Origin: Malacoraja senta
Lineage: Eukaryota
DNA length: 64,000 bases
Direction: 5' to 3'
NCBI GenBank assembly: GCA_038087875.1
Contig: JAXLNO010000311.1
Span: forward strand, 1-64,000
In this document: one piece after another, positions 9,961 to 20,305 of the stretch
Layout: each line of letters begins with the position of its first letter
Position numbering within the stretch: the stretch's first letter is position 1
Made by a program: the position numbers and the translations under genes
Notes under the pieces: generated by a model
Told to the model about the DNA's origin: nothing
The model's database searches: none
Seen by the model: only the letters and a program-made list of their open reading frames with translations

Positions 9961-11923
9961 CGAAGAAGGTTCCGGGATGGGTAATATTCGCTGCTGTGCC
10001 ACATAGACTTCTGCCCTGGGTTTAAAGCAGAAGCTGCTGTGCGGTATCGGGCACCACAGCAGTGATCTGTGCTGATACTGCTGGGCACTTGTGGTGACAC
10101 AGTACGTCCCACTGCCTATATACGCCACCTGTGGAGGGACATGGTCTGCCGCCATCGCCTCCATGGTGCAGTTTATAGGCTGTGCCCCAACAGTCCTGAA
10201 CCCACACTGAGGCCTAGCCTCAGCGCCCATGTGCTGGGGACACAGGATTGCCTGTGCTCCCCGGCTCCGACAACCCAAAAGGTCAATGCCTGTCACAGCT
10301 TGCTCCCTTACTATGACATAGGGCGGGACCTTCCCATAGCGAATATGCACCCCCCCACGAACAACTCCCACGTTCTGCACTCGGTACAGAGGAGCTGGTC
10401 GTGCCGAGGTTCCCATCACCGGGATTCTTACGACCACTCCCATTATGGTGTGATTGGATTTTCCGCAATCCACCGGTACCGGGTAGGCCTCGGAGGCAAC
10501 ACGAAGCTGACAAGGACTCAAAGTGCTGTTATAAGGGTGTAGCGCTGCTAGGTGCTGGTTGCTTATCCAGGAGGGGACCCGACCTTGCCTCAGGTCTTCC
10601 AGGTTGCTCCTCCCCTCCCCCAACAACCACGCACCATACAGCCCACACACCTCATTCTGTGCAGCCTGATCGGACGCATTCCGGTCCTCTTTAATCAAAG
10701 CGTTTATCGTTTTTGCATGTGTCTCCAATTGTGCTATGATTTCCTTTAGATGTAGAGTCATTGCCACCTCTTCGTGCAGTCCCGATCCTACCACCGCATT
10801 TTCCTCCCCCAGAATCGTTCGTAACTGGCCCTTCAACTGATTGATCTGCAGGGCCAGTTCTACGTTGTCCATGCTATTAATAATAGACGTCCCCGTGTTA
10901 AATGCTGAAAACCCGTCGTTAACCACCCCTCGTCTTTGCCTACCGGACCCCAAACTGAAATCCCCTCCCCCGCGGTACATCTCTTCTATGTCTATGTCCC
11001 CAAAATCCAGGTTGTGGAATTTCTGGAACATGTCTTTTAGCAGGGCCTGATATAATAATTCCGTCTCGCGGGGGCACCATGCAGGTAACCGCACTTCAGT
11101 CAAATTTAATACTACTGAGGCCACAGCATAATGCACTCCCTGGTACAGCACCCTTTTGGTTGGGGCAAGTGCTAACCCATTCCCCGGCCCTTTGGTGGTG
11201 GTTGGACAGTTGTGGGGGTCGATCGGTTGGGCTGTGGGTAGGGGCTTCATCACCTGAACCAGCAATTCGGTGGCTTTTACTGTCATCCCAGCCCTGGGGG
11301 CCACACGTGCCTGCCCACTGCGGTCCCAATCTATCCTGTTCCCGGGGTTCTGCCACCACTTGACGAAAGTGATTGATGCCCCTACCGGACACACCTTGGC
11401 AGACCCCCATAGACATAAATAAAGCCCCTGGTCATAGGCCCACCATTTGTCCCAACATACAGTGATCCCTCCCGGTGACCCCGTGATGGTCCGGTAGGTA
11501 TCATTGTCCAGTCTTTCCCAGTCCGAGGATCGATCCCTCATGTCCGAGCTCAGCTTCCTGAGCCACCACCATCTCCCCAAAGGAACGTCCCCCTTACAGG
11601 TTAAACACACCCGCCTGCCCTCAGTCACCCTAACCCGGTCGGTAGCCATCTGTATCTCGGCACAGGGTATGGATGCTTCCCCATAGGCGAAGCTCCTGTG
11701 GCTGGAGAACCTGGTCGAGTTCGACCCCAGCCATCCAGGCCATCTCCCCTCATGGGAGTATCCGGCCTGGCTATCCGCTACCAGGTTTCCTTGCCCAGTA
11801 GACATGAGGGGTGCTCTGTCCCCTGAGCACCCATATACGATGGACTCCTCCGTGTCCCCGCGACACGCCATCGCACATCCGGAGGCACATCATTGCCATC
11901 ATCCATACGGTGGGGCTACCCAT
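9946..11923 (-). pseudogene. env: env, class I F-type fusion glycoprotein; frameshift in the signal peptide, no transmembrane anchor
   Basis: Splice acceptor tttcgctttgttttccag directly before ATG 11923; 641-aa open frame 11871-9946 with furin site RQRR (10941-10930), following GVVNDGFSAFNTGTSII segment, heptad repeat, Cys-rich C-terminal half and several N-x-S/T sequons. Confidence 0.8.
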
Positions 11924-12163
11924 CTGGAAAACAAAGCGAAACACCTCCTTGCCTCCACAAAGCTATCTGCCTAATAATGGCATTTGGGGCTTTGATTTGT
12001 CTGTTGTGGTCCACTTTACCACAGCACATCCCTTCGATCCTGTACTGTCTGTCCCTGTACTCCCCTGTAGCTATACAAAACCTTATCTCTAGTTACGCTA
12101 ACTACATCTACTTACACAAAAAACAATGCTATATACAACGCCACCCGTCTCCGGGTGGCCAAC

Positions 12164-15100
12164 TCATAACTGGTCCCCGTCACGCTGGGGCCACCCCTCT
12201 GGTGGGCCCACCCGTGCAGGCCAGAACTCCACCTGTTGAGGGGCCTGACTGCCCCTCACCTCCCTTTGCACTACGGGGTTTTGAGTTACCCCTACGTTCC
12301 CTGTGGAGACTGGGCTCCCTCCAGCTGCACTCCGTAGTGCCCTGTTTCGGCCGCTCTCCTTCCCGGCCCTCCTGTGGCCGGCCCTAGCCCTAGGTTTAAT
12401 TAGGGATGGGGACCACCTTATTGGGGGTTTAGTGACCCTGTCACTCCTACGTCTGACCGGGGGTTCCCACACCAGAGGTGATACCTCCATCTCCTCTGTT
12501 TCTGCTAGTTCTGCCTCTCTTAGGCAGTCTACGGTACCTGCCTGTGGAGGGCTGGAGTCAACCTCCTTCTCCGCTGCTTCCAGTCCTCGCCCTGGGACAC
12601 AGCCGGCTACTTCAGGCTGACTACCCGTGGGCTCGCCTGGCTTCCCTATGGTTTCCACATCAACCCGGGTCTGTTCTTGATCCTGTTCTCTGACATGTAC
12701 CCCTTTCTTACTTTTCCCTGCCCTTGTGGGGTCAAACAATTTACACTGGTTGATGTGGAACCATTTGACTCTACGGGGAAGCTGAATGGCATACACCATG
12801 GGACTGGCTTTGTCCACTATGTTGTATGGGCCCGCATACACGGGTTCAAACACCCCTACCCTAGCATATCTCCTGACCATTACCTGGTCTCCCACTGCCC
12901 ACTCACAATGCCTGCGAGGTTCCAGCAGTAGCTTGTTTCTTTGGTGCTGGGCCCCCATGTTTCTGGCTGCCTGGTAGTAAAGCTGCCTAAGTTGTTCAAA
13001 TAGCCTCTTGGCAAACTTGTCCCGGTTCTCTTCCCTGAGCTGTCCCTCTGTTAGGGCTGGGACCATAACGTGCATAGGCGTTCTCATGACCCGGCCTGTC
13101 ATAAGCTCATGGGGAGAGTACCCCGTACTCCTGGACTGGCTGGCCCGAATCCCCATAAGGACCAGGGGTAAAACCTCTACCCACCGGTTGGGTGAGTCCC
13201 CTGTTTCCTTCCTTATCCTTTCCTTTATTGTCCGGTTCAACCGCTCCACCGGACCCGAGGACTGGGGGTTGTAGGCCACATGCCACTTGGCCTTGATGCC
13301 CAGTATTCTAAGGGTGGACTGCATGATCTGTCCTGTGAAATGGCTCCTCTGATCTGACTCCACAAACTGTGGGAGTCCCCACCTGGTGAACACCTCCCTA
13401 ACCAGGATTTTTGCCGTACCCATTGCGGTGGCTGCTCTGCAAGGGAAGGCCTCTACCCATTTTGAGAACACATCCACAAGGACTAAGCAGTACTTGTAAC
13501 CCCCTTGTGCGGTTGGAAGGGGTCCGATGTAGTCGATTTGAATCGACTGCCATGGCCCCTCCACCCTCCTGATGTGTCCCATAGAAACCTTCCTTTTCTG
13601 GGTGTCTGGGTTGTTTGCTGCGCAAACCAGACAGCTTGCACAAAAGTCGCGAATGTCTTCCCTGAGCCCTGGCCACCATCCTGCCATCTCTACTCGCTGC
13701 CATGTGGTCTCTGGCCTGGGGTGACCTGCCCCTGGATCCTCATGGGCTAGTTTTTAAAATTCCCTTCTGTACAGGGAAGGCACTACCCACTTATCTCCCT
13801 TGAATAACATGCCTTCCTTTACTGCAATGTCTTTACCCCCATACGGTCCCTCTATTTTCTCCTGCCTGCAAATGGCTGCTGAGGCAGCCTTTAAAATAGG
13901 GTCTTGTGCCTGGACCGTGGTCAGGTCCGGAACCAAAACCACCCGCACTCTCCTTTTCCCGAGGCCGCTCCCTGGCTGCAGCTACCTGTCCTTCCTCATA
14001 GGGGTCCCATGCTTTCCGACTCCTGGCTCCTTCTCTGGCCAAGCGATCCGCCCTCTGATTTCCCTCGCCTCGTGGCTCCGTTTTAGAATAGGCCTTCACC
14101 TTATGGATATATCTATCCCCGCCCCTCCCTACGGCTGCTACAATCCTCTCTAATAGGGGTTTAGTGGTCAGGGGCTTCCCGTCCGATGAGGTGTACCCTC
14201 GGCGGGACCAGATGGCCAAATATTCCGTGCAGGAATTGCATGTGAACATGCTGTCCGAACATACGGTGTATGGAGTGGGGAAACGCTCGGGATTAACGTA
14301 TGTGGGAGTTTAAGAGCTAGGGCTATCTCTGCCTCGGGGTCCCAGATCCCACAGCCCGTGAGCCGTATGCCCTCGGACACGAAACTGGACCCGTCCACGT
14401 ATATTTCCCTACCCGTGGGATGTAACCCTGCTCTAAGCCCAAAGTCCACCTCCCATACCCCTTCCACCGAGCAATGGTGTGGCTCCCCTGGGTACACCAA
14501 ATTGGCTGCGAGCTTGGGCTCACATATCCTCTCAACCCGTAAGGCCGTTTGGGAAAGGAGAAGGGTCCAGCGAGTGATCCTCGCACTGCTAACGGTCCCA
14601 TCCTTAATCCGACCGTCCAGCAGCATCTGGGTTGGGGTATGGTGGGTCAGGAGGGTTATGGGGGACATTCTTATGAAGACCTGTACCCTCTTCATTGCCC
14701 AGTATGTGGCTAGCAGGTGCCGCTCACAGTTTGAATAGGACCTTTCTACCTCTGTGAGGACTCTGGAGGAATACACCACTGGCCTTAACTTGCCGTGCCG
14801 TTCCTGGAGGAGCACTACGCTCAGGCCATCGCTGCTTGCGGCTACCTCCAGGAAAAATTCCTCCCTGTAGTCAATGGCTCCCAGAGCTGGGGCCTTTTGC
14901 AGGTCCCGCTTCAAATGGATGAATGCCGATTCGCACTTCTCATCCCACTCCCACTCTACCCCTTTGCGTAGCAGCCGGTGCAGAGGTGCTGCAGTCCTCT
15001 ATAAAGTCTCGGCAGTAGCCCGTGACTCCCAGAAATGATCTTACCCCTCCCCACGTCCGTTGGGACTGGGAGTTCCTGCACTGCCTGCCTTCTTGCTGTA

Positions 15101-16348
15101 TCGACACCCCTTTCTCCGGCCCTAAGGGTGAGTCCCAAGAACTTTACCTCTTGTAACCCTATCTGTGCCTTCTTGGGATTTATTTTTAAACCGCGCTTAC
15201 AGAGCAGCTCCAGCAGTTCATTTACATGGGGCCCATGTTCCTCACTGGTGTCCGTGAATAGCAAAATATCGTCCACATCCTGGACGATCTTGTGGGGCTC
15301 ACTAAATTCTTTTAAACATTCTGCCATACATTGGTGGAAAATACTGGGGCATTGTGGAACCCTTGGGGAAGACAGTTCCACGTGTACTGCTGCCCCTTGA
15401 ATGTGAAAGCAAATTTGTTCTGGTCTTCCTTCCTGACCGGGATAGACCAGAAACCGTTCGAGATGTGTAGCACCGTAAATACAGATGCAGACGCTGGAAT
15501 TTCCGCTAATAGGTCTGCTACAGCTGCCACAGTTGGTGCGCAAGCCGGAATATTCTTATTCAGGACCCTATAATCTACCGTGGCCCTCCAGGAATTGTCT
15601 GGCTTCCGTACGGGCCAGAGCGGTGAGTTCACGTGGGTGGCTATGGGCCTCAAAACGCCTTGCTTAACCAGTGAACTCAGGGCGACTTCTAAGTCAGCCT
15701 CCGCCTTTCGGGGAAAACTATACTGTTTCTGCGGTCGGGACATGGGATCCCCGTCTATCCTGACCTCTGTTCCTGTGACCCTTCCACAGTCGTGCTTGTG
15801 AGTAGCGAATGCGGCCAAATTTCGCTTAACATGGCCTCGATACTCGGGGTCTGCCTCACTAGGACCTCTAGATCGTACCCCTCTCTGGGCTTCACGACAC
15901 ACAGAGCCCCTCTCTCTGATGCCCTCTCGATGACCATTACCTCCTTCTCTCTCTCAGCCCCTTCTCCTGCTATGCCCCACAAACAGTGGTTCCTCAGGTC
16001 CACAAGGACCTGGTGGGCCACTATAAAGTCGGCGCCTAGTATCCCCTTTCCCTCCTGCTCCCAACTCATCAGGACGCATTTCCACTGCGCCTGGAGTGCT
16101 CCTAATTGAATGGACAAGGGAACAGAGAAAAACCCTGTCTTCTCGTTTCCTGTAAAACCGACAAGACTATAGGGTACCGCACTAGATAGAGGGGATGTAC
16201 GGGGATTGTCCGTGTGGACAATAGTACTGGAAGCACCTGTGTCCAGCAGGTAACTCCCGACCACATCCTGGACCTTCATCTTGACCCAGGGTCTCCCACA
16301 TGGGCCATACTTTAACGGGCATAGGAATGTGGGCTGTTTCGCTGGCGG
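12164..16348 (-). pseudogene. pol: pro-pol (aspartic protease, RT, tether, RNase H, integrase), frameshifted
   Basis: LLDTGAS...ILGADF; NSPLWPVRKPDNSWRATVDYRVLN, LPQGFHNAP, QDVDDILL (YVDD mutated); LEVAASSDGL...PVVYSSRVL; IYVDGSS...CSDS...GNQRADRLA; H..H/CLVC zinc finger, QIDYIGPLP, ESDQRSHF, SSGPVERLNRTIK, GPY. Several frameshifts. Confidence 0.93.
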
Positions 16349-17275
16349 TCATAAAGGGGCCGGGGGTGCGGATACGGGTGCGCCCTGGCCTGTTGCCATG
16401 GCTACCTGTCCGGACCCTCCCGCCTTTGACTGCAAATAGGTAATTAGATCTCTTACATCTATTGTTACCTCCGGGGCTGGGTCTGTTGTTACCGGGGTCC
16501 TATCCCCCACTGCTCTACTTGGATTTCTGCACTCCCTCTTGTAATGCCCGGGCTTCCCACACCCGTAGCACACCAGCCTCATCTCGGAAGAGGTCTGGCT
16601 GCCTTCCTGTTTCCACTGCCTCCTTTTGGGGGGTGCCGGTACTATTTTGTGCACCTTGCCTTTAAAGGGCTTCTCTTCACTTCTCTCCCCATTGCGGTAT
16701 GCAAGGGTGAGCTTCCTGATCACCTCCGCCTCGTTAAGGTTTGGGTCAGCTGGGTCGAACCAGTGCTCGGCCTTTGCCCTAACTCGCAGGAGGCAATTCG
16801 CCACCAGAGTCTTCAGCCAGTGAGCTGTTCTCTCATCTAAATTCTGCCTATCTAAAGGCATCGCACACGCTCCCTCATACACTGCCCACAGCCTGTCTGC
16901 GAGCATGTCCGGGGACTCAGCTACCTGCTGCTTCGTCTCCCCCACCCTGGTGAAAGGACTACTCTGATTCAACACCATGGCCTCCAGAACAGCTGTCTGT
17001 GCCGCTACCCATGTTTCAGGTCTTCCCCCTTCCCTGGAGGTCACTGCCTTGCATAGGTAAGAATCTAGGGTCCTCAGTAGCAGCTTTACCCGTTCTACCT
17101 CATCGCAATCGTTTATGTCGGCTGCCTGCTGCACCTCCATAAAATGCAATGACGGGTCTCCCGCCCTGGTTAACTTGGGAACGTGAGTCACCATCCCCCT
17201 CAGCACATGTGCCCCATGGGGAATGATGATATCACTCTCTATGGGCCCCCTATCTGCCTGCCCTACCGGAGGCTC
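16349..17275 (-). pseudogene. gag: gag, 5'-truncated (capsid-like region and nucleocapsid)
   Basis: Frame open from 17275 (preceded by TAA at the junction) to TGA 16349-16351; zinc knuckle CYGCGKPGHYKREC. Confidence 0.88.
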
Positions 17276-17949
17276 TTAGCTAGCTATGCTTGTTAGTTAC
17301 AAAAAACGTTATAAGAACGTATCAGTTCAGACCATTTCCAGGTGATAAAACGGAGTTGAGTTATGCAGGAGTAGATACTGATTCCAGATCTCACTCTACC
17401 AGGGCTGCTACAACAGCAGCAGCAACGGTTAATTATGTCTCGCTGGGCCACATCCTAACGGCTGAAGCATGGTCAAAAGAACGAATTACCAAACATTTGA
17501 TAATAACCCGTTGCCAGACCAGGGTATTTCTCAATCTCATTTTACGTTCTGTTTATAGGTTCCATCCGGTTGAGAGATGGGACTATTATGATTTAACAGC
17601 ATCAGCATGTTTTAAATCTATGTGATGACTATGTTCATTTCTGATCACAGACCATCCCGGCTTGCAAATATACTGCCGTTTAGGACAACTTTGAACTCAC
17701 TCTCAAAGAACATGGTTGCCACATGTCCTGTATTGGATGAATTTAGAATGCGGAAATGCTAGAAAACTGTTAACAGCACAAAATGCTGGAGAACAACAGC
17801 AGGTCAGGCAACATCTCTGGAGAACACAGAGAGGTGACGTTTTGGATGGAGACCCTCTTTCAGACTAATTGTAGGGGGAAGAGGAAAGCTAGTGAAAGGA
17901 AGAGGCAGAACAAAGCGCAACGGCTGGATGGACACTGGAGAAATGGGTT

Positions 17950-19405
17950 TTAGACAATAGACAATAGACAATAGGTGCAGGAGTAGACCATTCGGCCGTT
18001 CGAGGCAGGACCGCTATTCAATGTGATCATGGCTGATCAGTACCCCGTTCCTGCCTTCTCCCCACATCCCCTAACTCTGCTATCTTTAAGAGCTCTATCT
18101 AGCTCTCTCTTGAAAGTATCCAGAGAACCGGCCTCCACCGCCTTCTAAAGCAGAGAATTCCACAGACTCACAAATCTCTGTGAAAAAGTGCTTCCTCATC
18201 TCCGTTCTAAATGGCTTACTACTTATTCTTAAACTGTGGCCCCTGGGTCTGGATTTCCCCAACATCGGGAATGTGTTTCCTGCCTCTAGCCTGAACAAAC
18301 CCTTAACAATCTTATACGTTTCAATAAGATCACGTCTCATCCTTCTATATTCCAGAGTATACAAGCCCAACCGCTCCATTCTATCAACATATGACAGTCC
18401 CGCCATCGCGGGAATTAATCTGGTGAACCTACGCTGCACTTCCTCAATAGCAAGAATGTCCTTCCTCAAATTTGGAGACCAAAACTGCACACAACACTCC
18501 AGGTGTGGTCTCATTAGGGCCCTGTACAACTGCAGAAGGACCTCTTTGCTCCTATACTCAACTACTCTTGTTATGAAGGCCAGCATGCCATTTGCTTTCT
18601 TCACTGCCTCCTGTACCTGCCTGCTTACTTTCATTGACTGATGAACAAGGACCCCCCAGATCCCATTGTACTTCCCCTTTTCCCATCTTGATACCATTTA
18701 GATAATAATCTGCCTTCCTGTTTTTGCCACCAAAGTGGATAACCTCACATTTATCCACATTAAACTGCATCTGCCATGCATCTGCCCACTCACCCAACCT
18801 GTCCAAGTCACCCTGCATTCTCATAGCATCTTCCTCTCAGTTCACACTGCCACCCAGCTTTGTGTTATCTGCAAATTTGCTAATGTCACTTTGAATCCCT
18901 TCATCCAAATCATTGATGTATATTGTAAATAGCTGCGGTCCTAGCACCGAGCCTTGTGTTACCTCACTAGTCACTGCCTGCCATTCTGAAAGGGACCTGT
19001 TAATCCCTACTCTCTGAATGCTTTCAAGAGAGAGCTAGATAGGGCTCTTAAAAATTAGCAGAGTCAGGGGATATGGTGGAAAAGGCAGGAACAGGGTACT
19101 GATTGGGGATGATCAGCCATGATCAGATTGAATGGCGGTGCTGGCTTGAAGGGCCGAATGGCCTACTCCTGCACCTATTGTCTATTGTCTTTGTTTCCTG
19201 TCTGCCAACCAATTTTCTATCCATGTCAACACTCTACCCTCAATAGCATGTGCTCTAATTTTGCCCACTAATCTCCTATGTGGGACCTTATCAAATGCTT
19301 TCTGAAAGTCCAGTAACACTACATCCACTGGCTCTCCCTTGTCCATTTTCCTAGTTACATCCTCAAAAAAGTCCAGAAGATTAGTCAAGCATGATTTCCC
19401 CTTCG
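17950..19405 (-). mobile_element. CR1 LINE fragment with an opposite-strand CR1 3' end nested at about 19015-19190
   Basis: LDFQKAFDKVPH, MQFNVDKCEVIHFG, RPHLECCVQFWSP; (agacaat)n tail at 17952-17972. Confidence 0.9.
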
Positions 19406-20305
19406 TACATCACAAAGGCAAGAAATAAGAACAGTAGGTGTGAGATAGGTTTGAAGATTAGCGGATTGTGAACCCGGAGGGAGGAGAGTAGCGGGAGGTG
19501 GGGGGAGCTAGATGGAAATATTAAAAGAGAGCGCAGATGGGCCACACGGGAGAGTTGGAAGAAAGCGGCTGTTCCTTCATTTTGCATGCGGAAGTGGGAA
19601 TGGAGTACTCCGGCGACAAAAAGGTACAAAGCTCAACATATGCCTTGGCGGACCGAGTGCAAGTAACTCTCGCTGGGTCTACGCTTCGTCTCGACAATGT
19701 ACAGGATGTCACATCGGGAAAACCAGATGCTGTTGATGAGGGTAGAGAAGGTGCACATCAATATTTATTTTACTTGGAAGAACTGCTGGGGTCCCTGGAT
19801 GAAAGTGAGAGAGGGCGTATAGCGGCAGGCGTTACAACGCCCGCGGTTGTAGGGGAAAGTGCCTGCAGAGGGGGTCATTTGGGCAGGAAATGTTCATTAG
19901 TTTTTCGGTTTAAGTGAACAGAATCGCCATATTTCTTGTTGCAGAATGGTGACATTACAGAAAGCACAGTTTATAATTCTGCCATCGGTAGAATGGATGA
20001 GGTCAAGATTCCCGCTCCCGAGAATGTGGATCAGCTCTGTAACTCAATGCCTTGTCAGAATGGACGAGATAGTATGTACGATGGAACCGTGTGGAATGAG
20101 GCGATGGGTCACTTTGTGCATCGTGGAATAATGACAACGGCATGGCAAAGGGCATCCATCCACGCGGGGGTTCGGATGCGGACATGGTGATGGAGAAATA
20201 AACCCCCAACGGTAACGTGCTGGGTGGATCTAGTCCCAGCGCCACCATCGCACCTCTGCCAGGAAAAATTCACCGGGTCCTCAGCATCAAGTGGCCTGGT
20301 GTGAA

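Larger units (their letters stand above)
9960..17275 (-). mobile_element. Endogenous retrovirus internal region (gag-pro-pol-env), lokiretrovirus-like, no LTR visible at either end
   Basis: Ordered minus-strand gag (CCHC), protease, RT, tether RNase H, RNase H, integrase, env; GC-richer than its flanks; truncated within gag (5') and env (3'). Retroelement identity is secure; the lineage assignment is inference. Confidence 0.88.

Noticed and set aside
17276..17760. 5' LTR or primer-binding site of the provirus
   Set aside because: No matching repeat at the env end and no TG...CA or PBS recognised; the gag frame is cut directly at the junction.
19936..20190. EGF-like exon (LCNSMPCQNG) after a good splice acceptor
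   Set aside because: Only two cysteines of an EGF pattern are present and the rest does not fit; it may be an exon but no product can be supported.
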